This document shows positions 8,816 to 16,507 of a DNA stretch of 64,000 bases, piece by piece. Numbering within the stretch: the stretch's first letter is position 1; every line of letters starts with the position of its first letter. Position numbers and translations under genes: made by a program. Source of the DNA: Actinomycetes bacterium (lineage in GTDB: Bacteria; Actinomycetota; Thermoleophilia; BMS3ABIN01). A model generated the notes under the pieces. It worked only from the letters and a program-made list of their open reading frames with translations. It made no database searches and was not told the origin of the DNA. The stretch lies in contig JAJYXB010000022.1 in NCBI GenBank assembly GCA_021791195.1, positions 4,063 to 68,062 on the forward strand. Reading direction: 5' to 3'.

Positions 8816-9667
8816 ATGAATGACTTTCAATCTATAAGAGATATATTTACCAACAGGGAAATAGCGGCATTTTTCTGGATCTTCGTAATCCTCATTTGGC
8901 TAATTTTTAGTAGTTCGGTAAGGGGATCACTCCTTGGAGTATTAAAAGCTTTTTGGAACAAATATATTGTCATTTCTATCGTTGCAATGTTGCTATATTC
9001 ATCAGTACTGGTCTTTGTTTTTCATAAGTTCAATCTATGGCACGCTTCTAACATCAAAGATACAATTTATTGGTTTTTCGGCGTAGCATTCGTGATGCTC
9101 GTGAATGTCAGTAAGGCCGATGAAGAAAATTACTTTAAGCGACTTCTATTAAGCAGTCTCAAATTAGCTGTATTCTTGGAATTCTTAATTAAGCTATATG
9201 ATTTTGATTTATGGTTGGAGCTGATCCTAGTTCCATTTATTACTCTAGTGCTGATGCTGATGGTCGTAGCCGGAACTGATGAAAAATATTCTCAATTGCA
9301 TAAAATCTTGGAAAGAATCCAAGTAATATTCGGCTTATCAATCTTGATATATGTTGCATACAAACTTGTCGGTGATTTCAGCGGGTTTGCCACCCTAGAT
9401 CACGTTCAGGAGTTTCTTCTGCCACTAGCCCTAACTGTTGCTTACTTGCCTTTTATTTACGCAGCCGCTCTGTATTCAAAGTATGAAGAAGTATTTGTAC
9501 GGCTTCACATACTTAATGATGACCAAGAGCTCGTCAAATTCACTAAAAGAAAGATTATGCTTAAGTATCATTTCAAACTTGGCGGACTGTCTAAGTGGGC
9601 GAAGAAGAGAGGGGCGTTGAAAGTAAAAACTAGGAGAGATGTTCTAGAATTGGTCAACGACGAATAG
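8816..9667 (+). CDS. hypothetical polytopic membrane protein (about six TM helices)
   Basis: 283-aa ORF with repeated hydrophobic 18-22-aa segments and a basic C-terminal tail. I recognise no family. Confidence 0.6.
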   Translation: MNDFQSIRDIFTNREIAAFFWIFVILIWLIFSSSVRGSLLGVLKAFWNKYIVISIVAMLLYSSVLVFVFHKFNLWHASNIKDTIYWFFGVAFVMLVNVSKADEENYFKRLLLSSLKLAVFLEFLIKLYDFDLWLELILVPFITLVLMLMVVAGTDEKYSQLHKILERIQVIFGLSILIYVAYKLVGDFSGFATLDHVQEFLLPLALTVAYLPFIYAAALYSKYEEVFVRLHILNDDQELVKFTKRKIMLKYHFKLGGLSKWAKKRGALKVKTRRDVLELVNDE

Positions 9668-9686
9668 TACTTTTCGACAACCATTG

Positions 9687-9862
9687 AGGCATAAAGCATT
9701 GACAATCTAGAGGGGTATGAGAAAATGAATGAGGACAAAATGGGGCGGAAAAGAAGTGTTTCAGAGGTTATGCGGAGATCTTCTTCATGTGCCGTTTAAG
9801 GCTATTTAAAAGGAAAATATCGTCCTTGAGAGTGTTTGAATAGCGTAGCAGGTGGTCTACCA
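9687..9862 (+). repeat. direct repeat copy 1 (~176 bp), upstream of the fic module
   Basis: Aligns base for base with 11752-11928. The 145-bp core 9718-9862 versus 11784-11928 shows about 16 mismatches and no indel. It contains TTGACA (9699-9704)-N16-GAAAAT with TG at the extended -10 position. Confidence 0.85.
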
Positions 9863-10065
9863 AGTTATCAACCACTTGATATTATGCCTTCTTGTAGGCA
9901 TAATTTTTGTTTGAATAAATAGACCCCGGACAGGACGCTAAAACATTTAAGCGCGAATCGTAATATTTTCCCCCGCATTCTATCCCTGCATTCTTAGATG
10001 GTTTATCCATATAGTTCTGTTCAAGCTCATCTTTCCACAGAAAAAACTCTTGCAAATGTTTTTTC

Positions 10066-10129
10066 CCGCTATAAAATATTGTATAGTTACCGCTAAGAAT
10101 TATTGAACATTTTCCGCTACAAAATATTG
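10066..10129 (+). promoter_or_regulatory. three phased 16-bp iterons in the fic promoter region
   Basis: CCGCTATAAAATATTG (10066-10081), CCGCTAAGAATTATTG (10090-10105) and CCGCTACAAAATATTG (10114-10129). Spacing is exactly 24 bp, and the array ends 27 nt before the fic ATG. Confidence 0.6.
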
Positions 10130-10155
10130 AATTATATTTACTAAGGAATATTGAA

Positions 10156-11688
10156 ATGACTTTGCAAGAAAAGGCCATGAAATGGTGGGCCGAAAAAACT
10201 AAACAACATAAGTACGTCGTTTCTTCGGGCGAAATCCCAGATCAGAGGCAACGAGATTATCTCAGGAAACGTAGGCTGATCTTCAAAGTGTCCCGAGGTT
10301 GCTGGATTCTCAAACGGCCAGAGGATGAAATCGTCGACGTCTTCCCTCTTTTATACTGGCAGGCCATAGAACTGATCCTCACCAATCACAAATGGTCACT
10401 GCGGGGCGAATCCGCACTTTCAGTATATGTCGGAGACCAGGCAGCCCAGAAACGCCTTACTGTGAAGACTCAGGATAAAACCAACAGAACAATTTCATTG
10501 CCATTGGATTTTGAGATTGAACTCAGGCACGACCCTCATTTCGATGATCGACTGATCAGAAAGCAGGACATCGTTGGCATCCAGATTCCAGTGGCAATCC
10601 CTGAGCTAGTATTTGTTGATATCAATAAAATGCCACTCAAGGAAGTTCGTAGCTTTATTGCCGGTACGGATTTTGACAAGAGAATGCTCGCGGCGATTTA
10701 TGCTACCAGTCCCAAGCCCGTTATTTTCAAGCGCCTTATGGAACTTTCAAAAAATGCCAAAAGACCAGACCTAACTGAGGCCCTAAAGAAAATAATCGAA
10801 GATTACACGCATTACCAGGTCGTCAAGAAACAGAGAGGTGAAGCTAGGCCCGTATTAGAAAAGCCCGCCGCATTGTCTCCTCCCTGGGTTATTAGGCAGG
10901 AGCAACAAGCAAAAGAATTTGAAGATGCCCTAAACAAGCACTTGAAGCCGAAGATTGCCCGGATAAAAAAGCAACCGCTCAGTCAGCTCTTAAAACAAGC
11001 CAGGGAACATAAGAAATACGATACTTACCATTCCACCTCGCTTGAGGGATACAGAATTACTCCGGAAGACGTCGACGTGCTGCTTTCTGGTCGTATTCCC
11101 AAGAAAGAAAGAGGCAATGGTGCCGAGCATCTTGAGCAGCTGAAAAACCGGATGGCGATCATTGGCTATTCGGAAGCCTTTGATTTCATTTTGGCCACGG
11201 CCAAGCAAGCTTTCGAAAAACCCCGTATTACTGAGGATTTTATAAAAGACACTTACTCCAACCTCTTTAAGCCCTCTACCGACGCAGGCATACTTGACTA
11301 CTACAGCCTGACTGCATACCGGAGCATACCCGTATATATCAGGGGAACGCGCTATGCGCCGCCCTCTCACGAAAAGCTGCCGGAATTAATGGCAAGCTAC
11401 GTGAAGCTTGTAAGTGAAGTCAAGAATCCTGTTGTGAGGGCGATCCTGGCGCATTACTTCTTTGTTACCATCCACCCATATCTAGATGGCAATGGCAGGA
11501 CAGGAAGACTGCTCATGAATTATCTCTTGATCTCTGCCGGTTATTCCTGGGTGACCATAAAGACCGAGCAGCGAGGGGAGTACTTCGAAGCTTTGGCAAA
11601 GGCGCAGTTAGACGAGGGGATCCTGCCTTTTGGGGAATTTATCTTGTCGGTGCTGAAAGAGGCGAGCAAGGATAAGAAATCAGGCTAA
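10156..11688 (+). CDS. Fic family protein (class II, with alpha-inh motif) fused to an AbiEi-like N-terminal domain
   Basis: Fic motif HPYLDGNGRTGR (11473-11508). Inhibitory motif STSLEG = [ST]xxxE[GN] (11032-11049). The N-terminus (YLRKRRLIFKVSRGCWIL...ESALSVY) resembles the AbiEi antitoxin wHTH domain. Confidence 0.9.
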   Translation: MTLQEKAMKWWAEKTKQHKYVVSSGEIPDQRQRDYLRKRRLIFKVSRGCWILKRPEDEIVDVFPLLYWQAIELILTNHKWSLRGESALSVYVGDQAAQKRLTVKTQDKTNRTISLPLDFEIELRHDPHFDDRLIRKQDIVGIQIPVAIPELVFVDINKMPLKEVRSFIAGTDFDKRMLAAIYATSPKPVIFKRLMELSKNAKRPDLTEALKKIIEDYTHYQVVKKQRGEARPVLEKPAALSPPWVIRQEQQAKEFEDALNKHLKPKIARIKKQPLSQLLKQAREHKKYDTYHSTSLEGYRITPEDVDVLLSGRIPKKERGNGAEHLEQLKNRMAIIGYSEAFDFILATAKQAFEKPRITEDFIKDTYSNLFKPSTDAGILDYYSLTAYRSIPVYIRGTRYAPPSHEKLPELMASYVKLVSEVKNPVVRAILAHYFFVTIHPYLDGNGRTGRLLMNYLLISAGYSWVTIKTEQRGEYFEALAKAQLDEGILPFGEFILSVLKEASKDKKSG

Positions 11689-11751
11689 CAGCTTTCTAGT
11701 AAAACCTTACTAAATTATAGTTACCTGAAAAATGGTTCGCTCGAACCAATA

Positions 11752-11928
11752 AGGCGCAAAGATATTGACAGTTAATTTTGCTGTGAGAAAATGAATGAGG
11801 ACTAAATGAGGCGGGAATTAACCGTTCCAGAGGCTACGCAGAGACCTTCTTCAAGTGCCGTTTAAGGCTATTTAAAAGTAAAATATCGTCTTTGAGAGTG
11901 TTTGAATAGCGTAGCAGGTGGTCTACCA
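11752..11928 (+). repeat. direct repeat copy 2 (~177 bp), at the island/core junction
   Basis: See copy 1. TTGACA (11765-11770)-N16-GAAAAT is conserved. The repeat lies 130 nt from the stop of the first GC-rich gene. Confidence 0.85.
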
Positions 11929-12060
11929 CTTTCTTTCGGCTCCGCATTCCAGCTTTCCTGCTCAGTGTTTTTGCCTGCGCCATTCCTCTTTTCCCGTGAT
12001 GATCCCCGTAAAGCACACCGCATGTCAAGTTAAGCGAGGTTAAGCTGGCTGACTTGCCCG

Positions 12061-14130
12061 TCAAGGGAACTTCATCCCGCCGATCTCGCTGAAGCTGCTT
12101 TTATAGAGGACCCGCTGGGTGACGATCAGCGGTTGGCCGTTGGTGGAGACGATACGCACGGGGCCGCCCATGGTTTCGGAGTAGGAGACCGGGAGCTGGC
12201 CGCCCGCGGGCACAGCGATATTCTGCTGGGTCGGGGTCGGGCTGTTGGCGATGTAAACGTCCACCGAGGCGTCGCTGGCGCCCCGGTTCATGATCATGAT
12301 CCAGTTGCCGCCCATGCCGTCGGGGACCTTGGAATCATACCAGGTGAACCAGAGATCGGTGCCGGCGTCGCTGGCGGTCAGGCCCTGCATCTCCTTGAAA
12401 CTGTCCTGGTAAATGGTGCGCTCGCTGACGATGAGATGCTTGCCGTTGGTAGAGGTGACCACGACCGGCCCCCCGATTTTTCCCGGGAAGATCGGAGTGA
12501 CGCGGCCTCCTTGCGGCACGGTGAAGAAATCGTTGGCAGGATTGGCTGGGTCGTGCATCTTCTGGTTGCCGATGAAAACATCGACGGTTGCGTCACCGGT
12601 GTCCTGATTGCCGATCAGGATCCAGCTGCCCTTCATGCCGTCCTGTACCGTATTGTCGTACCACGGGAAATAGTACGTGGACGCCAGCGAGCCCGCCGGA
12701 ATTCCCAATGTTTCACTGAAGGAGTTGAGATAGATCACCCGCTGGCTGACGATCAGCGGCTGGCCGTTGGTGCACTGCACCTGCACGGGGCCGCCCATGA
12801 TGCCTGGATAATTCGGCGTGACGCGGTCACCGGGGGCGATGCTGTAATTGTAGGTCGCGTTCGTGCCGTTGGGGCCGGCGCCGTTGATAGAGACGGTCAC
12901 GTTCGCCGTGCTGGAGCCCATGTTGCCGATCAGGATCCAGTCGCCGCCGATGCCATGCGAGGAGTTGGAGTCATACCAGGTGAAATAATACGTGCTCGCC
13001 AGGGCGGTATCGGCTACGGCTGGCGTCTCATTGAAAGAGTTCTGGTAGATCGAGCGCTGGCTGGCGATCAGTGGCTGCGTCGCCTGGACCGTGACCGGAC
13101 CGCCCATCACTCCCGGGAACGCGGGCGTCTGAGCCGGCGCTCCCACGGCGATGTCGCGGTCGGCGTAGGTGTTGGCGCCTACCAGCGCCGAGACGTGAGC
13201 GCTGCCAGCCCCTACGGCCGGGTTGGCCATAAGTACCCAGTCCGAAAGTCCCGGGGTCTGCTGGTCGTACCAGGTGAAGTAATAACGCTTTGCGGGCGTG
13301 AAGTTGTCGACAGTCACCGTGGTTGTACCGGACTGCGTGGTCAGGCCAGCGGTGTCATGCGCGACTGCGTAAAGGGTATGCGTCGAGCCGTTGACCAGCC
13401 CGGTCGTATTCCAGGTATAGGAATAGGGCGCCGCTGTCGGGCTTGCCACCAGCCGGCCGTCGACATAAAGATCTACCTGCATCACCGCCACGTTGTCGGC
13501 GGCGTTCGCGGTGACGTTGACAGTGCCGCTTACCTTTGCGCCACCAGTGGGAGAGGGGACGCTGACGGTGGGGGGCGTATTGTCCACCGAGACGCCGCCG
13601 AAATCCGTGGTCCAGTACCAGTGATAGGTCGAAGCGCCGTTGTAGTGCCTGCTGATGCCGATGGCGTTGTAATTCGGGTCCAGCATGTTGGCGTTGTGCT
13701 CTGGCGAGTTCTTCCAGGCGTCGAATGCCTGCTGGGCGACGAATTCACCATTATTCTGGTTGGAGACGTAACCGGCCACGATATTCTCGCCCAGATAGGT
13801 GTTATACGTATAGCCGGCCCAGCGCATGCGGTCGAAAGGAGAACTTCCGTCTGAGCCGGTATGGCTGAAATAGTTCATGTTCGCCATGTCGGTGGAATGC
13901 CAGTTGGCCGCCGTGGAGAGCCTGGAATCGAGGGTGAGCCGCTGCAGCCCGCTCTGCTGGCGGTAGTTGTTGATCAGTGTCAGGAAATAAAGCTCCTGAC
14001 TGTCATAGGCGTGAGCCGCCGGCGCCGACGCCAGCAGGCCGGCAAAAAGCGCCAGGGTGCACAGCGCCGCCAGCAGAGCCAACCAGAGGCTGTGCTTTCC
14101 TCTTCCGGTGATTTTCCAGTTCGGCCTCAT
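12061..14130 (-). CDS. secreted CAP/SCP-domain protein with Ig-like domain and four ~100-aa tandem repeats
   Basis: Signal peptide ...APAAHA|YD. CAP/SCP-like region (LINNYR...YFSHTGSDGS...GENI...WKNSPEHNANML). Ig-like segment (PPTVSV...TVTVDN). Four repeats of (Y/W)FTWYD...W(I/V)LIGN...GGPV.V....QPLIVSQR.IY.(N/S)SF.E. Confidence 0.85.
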   Translation of the reverse strand: MRPNWKITGRGKHSLWLALLAALCTLALFAGLLASAPAAHAYDSQELYFLTLINNYRQQSGLQRLTLDSRLSTAANWHSTDMANMNYFSHTGSDGSSPFDRMRWAGYTYNTYLGENIVAGYVSNQNNGEFVAQQAFDAWKNSPEHNANMLDPNYNAIGISRHYNGASTYHWYWTTDFGGVSVDNTPPTVSVPSPTGGAKVSGTVNVTANAADNVAVMQVDLYVDGRLVASPTAAPYSYTWNTTGLVNGSTHTLYAVAHDTAGLTTQSGTTTVTVDNFTPAKRYYFTWYDQQTPGLSDWVLMANPAVGAGSAHVSALVGANTYADRDIAVGAPAQTPAFPGVMGGPVTVQATQPLIASQRSIYQNSFNETPAVADTALASTYYFTWYDSNSSHGIGGDWILIGNMGSSTANVTVSINGAGPNGTNATYNYSIAPGDRVTPNYPGIMGGPVQVQCTNGQPLIVSQRVIYLNSFSETLGIPAGSLASTYYFPWYDNTVQDGMKGSWILIGNQDTGDATVDVFIGNQKMHDPANPANDFFTVPQGGRVTPIFPGKIGGPVVVTSTNGKHLIVSERTIYQDSFKEMQGLTASDAGTDLWFTWYDSKVPDGMGGNWIMIMNRGASDASVDVYIANSPTPTQQNIAVPAGGQLPVSYSETMGGPVRIVSTNGQPLIVTQRVLYKSSFSEIGGMKFP
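12064..13284 (-). repeat. four tandem ~100-codon repeats inside the CAP-domain gene
   Basis: Repeat starts are at YYFTWYDQQ, YYFTWYDSN, YYFPWYDNT and LWFTWYDSK. Conservation is at protein level; the DNA copies have diverged. Confidence 0.8.
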
Positions 14131-14248
14131 TCAGGGAGAAAAGCCGAGGGGGCCTGTGAAGGAGGTAATGAATTCCCGCCATGCTTCCCATCTATATTTG
14201 TATCGCCGGGAGCGCGCGGTTGCTTTACGGAGCAATCATGGTGGCGGA

Positions 14249-16507
14249 TTATTCGCCGACGGCCTCGGCGGCCGGAGTGATACGGAAGGCATCGAATACG
14301 GTGTCGATCCCCTTGATGTTGTCCAGCACGGTATCCAGCAGTTTGGCGTCACTTACCTCGACTACGAAGCGGTCGTTGACTAGACGATCGGTGTTGGTGT
14401 TGCAGGCGGCGGAGACGATGTTGACCCCGGATTCGCTGAGCGTGCGCGAAATGTCCTCCAGCAGATGGCTCCGGTCCATCGCTTCCACCATGAACTCGGC
14501 CCGGAAGGCAGTCTCGGAGGTGCCTTTCCAGGCGACGTTGATGAAGCGCTCCTTGCTCTGGCTCTCCAGCGCCCGGGCATTGGGACAGTCCTTGCGATGG
14601 ATGCTGACGCCCTTCCCGAGCGAGATGTAGCCGACGATCTTGTCGCCCGGCAGCGGCTTGCAGCACTTGGCCAGCCGCACACCGACATCGCTGACGCCGT
14701 CGACGCTGATGCCCAGCTCCCGGGGTGAGGCGGTCTTGGCGCGCTCGCGGGCGGACATGCCGCTGGATTTGGTCACCACCGCCGGGATCCCGCCGGCGAT
14801 GTCGAGTTCCTTGGTGATGCGCGTGACCACCTGTTGTGGCGAGGTTTTTCCGGTGCCGAGGCTGACGTAGAGGTCTTCGGCCTTGAGGAAACCCATCGCC
14901 CGGGTCATCTCGGTGAAAGCCTGTGACGCGACGATCTTCTGGCTGGCCAGCCCCTTGCGCCGGAGCGCCTCCTGCAGCATCTCGCGGCCGATATGCTCCG
15001 AATCCTGCCGCCGCTCCTTCTTGAACCACTGGCGGATCTTGTTGCGCGCCCGCGAGGTCTTGACGAAGTTCAGCCAGTCGCGTGACGGCCCCTGGCTCGA
15101 CTTGGAGGTCAGCACCTCGATGAAATCGCCGCTGTGCAGTGCATGCTGCAGCGGTACGATGCGGCCGTTGACCTTGGCGCCGACACAGTGATGCCCGACG
15201 TCGGTGTGGACCGCGTATGCGAAATCCACCGGGGTGGACCCCGAAGCCAGGCTGATGACTTCGCCCTTGGGGGTGAAGACGAACACCTCTTCCTCGAACA
15301 GGTCGATACGCAGGGTCTTCATGAATTCCTTAGGATCCTCGGTCTCGCTCTGCCATTCCATCATCTGCCGCAGCCAGGAGAGCTTGTCGGACGGCTGCCC
15401 CTTGGCCTTGCCGGCCTTGCCCTTCTCCTTGTAGAGCCAGTGGGCGGCGATGCCATACTCCGCGGTTTGATGCATCTTCTGGGTGCGGATCTGGATCTCG
15501 AGCGGCTTGCCCTGGGGCCCGATCACCGTGGTGTGCAGCGAGCGGTACATGTTGAACTTGGGCATGGCGATGTAATCCTTGAAGCGTCCCGGCATCGGCT
15601 TCCAGAGGGAATGGATGATGCCCAGGGTGCCGTAGCAGTCCTTCACCGATTCGACCAGCACACGCATGGCGGTGAGGTCGTAGATCTCGTTGAACTCCTT
15701 GCCGCGTTTGACCATCTTCATGTAAATACTATAGAAGTGCTTGGCCCGGCCTTCGATCTGTGCCTGGATGCCGACCTTTTCCAGCTCGACGCGCAAGTAC
15801 TCGGCGGCCTGGTCCACGTAATCCTCACGGTCGGCGCGCCGCTGCGCCACCATCTGCTGCAGCTCGGAATACTTGCGCGGGTGCAGCGTCGCGAAAGCTA
15901 GGTCCTCCAGCTCCCACTTGATGCTGTAGATGCCCAGGCGATGCGCCAGCGGGGCGTAGATCTCGAGCGTCTCTTTCGATTTCTGGATCTGCTTATGCTT
16001 GTCCAGGTAGCAGATGGTGCGCATGTTGTGGAGGCGGTCGGCCAGCTTGATCAGGATCACCCTGATGTCCTTGGCCATGGCGATGACCATCTTGCGCAGG
16101 TTCTCGGCCTGCTCTTCCTCCTCACCCTTGAGCGACACCTTTTGCAGTTTCGTGAGGCCGTCGACCAGGTCGGCGACCTCGTCCCCGAACATCTCGCGGA
16201 TGGTTCCGATCGTCGCCGGCGTGTCCTCGACGACGTCGTGCAGCAGCGCCGCGGCGATGGTAACACTGTCGAGCTGGAGTTCGGCGCAGATGCGCGCCGT
16301 ACCAAGGGGATGGTAGATGAAGTCCTCGCCGCTCTTGCGCAGCAGGCCATGATGCTGGGAGCGCGAATAGGCGAACGCCCTGGTGATCAGATCCCGGTCA
16401 AAATCGGGATTATATTCTGCGATCGCCCTGAACAGATCTTCCAGGGCAGCCTCTTCGGCCCCTAGATCATCTTCACGTCTGGCGACTTGCTCAAGAATTT
16501 TAGACAC
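14249..16507 (-). CDS. rel: bifunctional (p)ppGpp synthetase/hydrolase (RelA/SpoT family)
   Basis: HD hydrolase region (HPLGTARI...LHDVVEDT), synthetase core (YRSLHTTV), TGS and a C-terminal ACT domain. The listed GTG start overlaps the recJ stop by 46 nt, so the start is uncertain. Confidence 0.95.
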   Translation of the reverse strand: MSKILEQVARREDDLGAEEAALEDLFRAIAEYNPDFDRDLITRAFAYSRSQHHGLLRKSGEDFIYHPLGTARICAELQLDSVTIAAALLHDVVEDTPATIGTIREMFGDEVADLVDGLTKLQKVSLKGEEEEQAENLRKMVIAMAKDIRVILIKLADRLHNMRTICYLDKHKQIQKSKETLEIYAPLAHRLGIYSIKWELEDLAFATLHPRKYSELQQMVAQRRADREDYVDQAAEYLRVELEKVGIQAQIEGRAKHFYSIYMKMVKRGKEFNEIYDLTAMRVLVESVKDCYGTLGIIHSLWKPMPGRFKDYIAMPKFNMYRSLHTTVIGPQGKPLEIQIRTQKMHQTAEYGIAAHWLYKEKGKAGKAKGQPSDKLSWLRQMMEWQSETEDPKEFMKTLRIDLFEEEVFVFTPKGEVISLASGSTPVDFAYAVHTDVGHHCVGAKVNGRIVPLQHALHSGDFIEVLTSKSSQGPSRDWLNFVKTSRARNKIRQWFKKERRQDSEHIGREMLQEALRRKGLASQKIVASQAFTEMTRAMGFLKAEDLYVSLGTGKTSPQQVVTRITKELDIAGGIPAVVTKSSGMSARERAKTASPRELGISVDGVSDVGVRLAKCCKPLPGDKIVGYISLGKGVSIHRKDCPNARALESQSKERFINVAWKGTSETAFRAEFMVEAMDRSHLLEDISRTLSESGVNIVSAACNTNTDRLVNDRFVVEVSDAKLLDTVLDNIKGIDTVFDAFRITPAAEAVGE

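Larger units (their letters stand above)
1..11930. mobile_element. AT-rich genomic (defence/accessory) island, left end outside window; right end near 11,930-12,060
   Basis: Base composition and codon usage change abruptly just downstream of the stop of the GC-rich gene ending at 12061. Gene content is R-M, an RloC-like ATPase, Fic and a T4CP-like NTPase. No integrase is visible in the window. Confidence 0.6.

Noticed and set aside
9882-10178. 98-aa minus-strand ORF between repeat copy 1 and fic.
   Set aside because: Its repetitive peptide (SIFCSGKCSIILSGNYTIFYSGKK) is simply the translation of the three phased iterons. It overlaps the fic start and has no RBS.
11834-12064. 76-aa minus-strand ORF as a bona fide gene.
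   Set aside because: Its 'start' is a TTG overlapping the stop of the CAP-domain gene, and I recognise no family. Only the repeat-encoded C-terminal ~30 codons look constrained. It is kept as part of the repeat finding rather than called as a CDS.
12133-13854. 573-aa + strand ORF, and many similar long ORFs in the GC-rich part: 15134..15901, 17443..18573, 22148..23083, 27548..28582, 28799..29590, 55970..56998, 58673..59761, 59801..60796.
   Set aside because: They lie antisense to, or out of frame with, genes that have clear homology. Their products are Arg/Ala/Gly/Pro-rich low-complexity strings, typical of stop-codon-poor frames in high-GC DNA. They have no motifs and no RBS.
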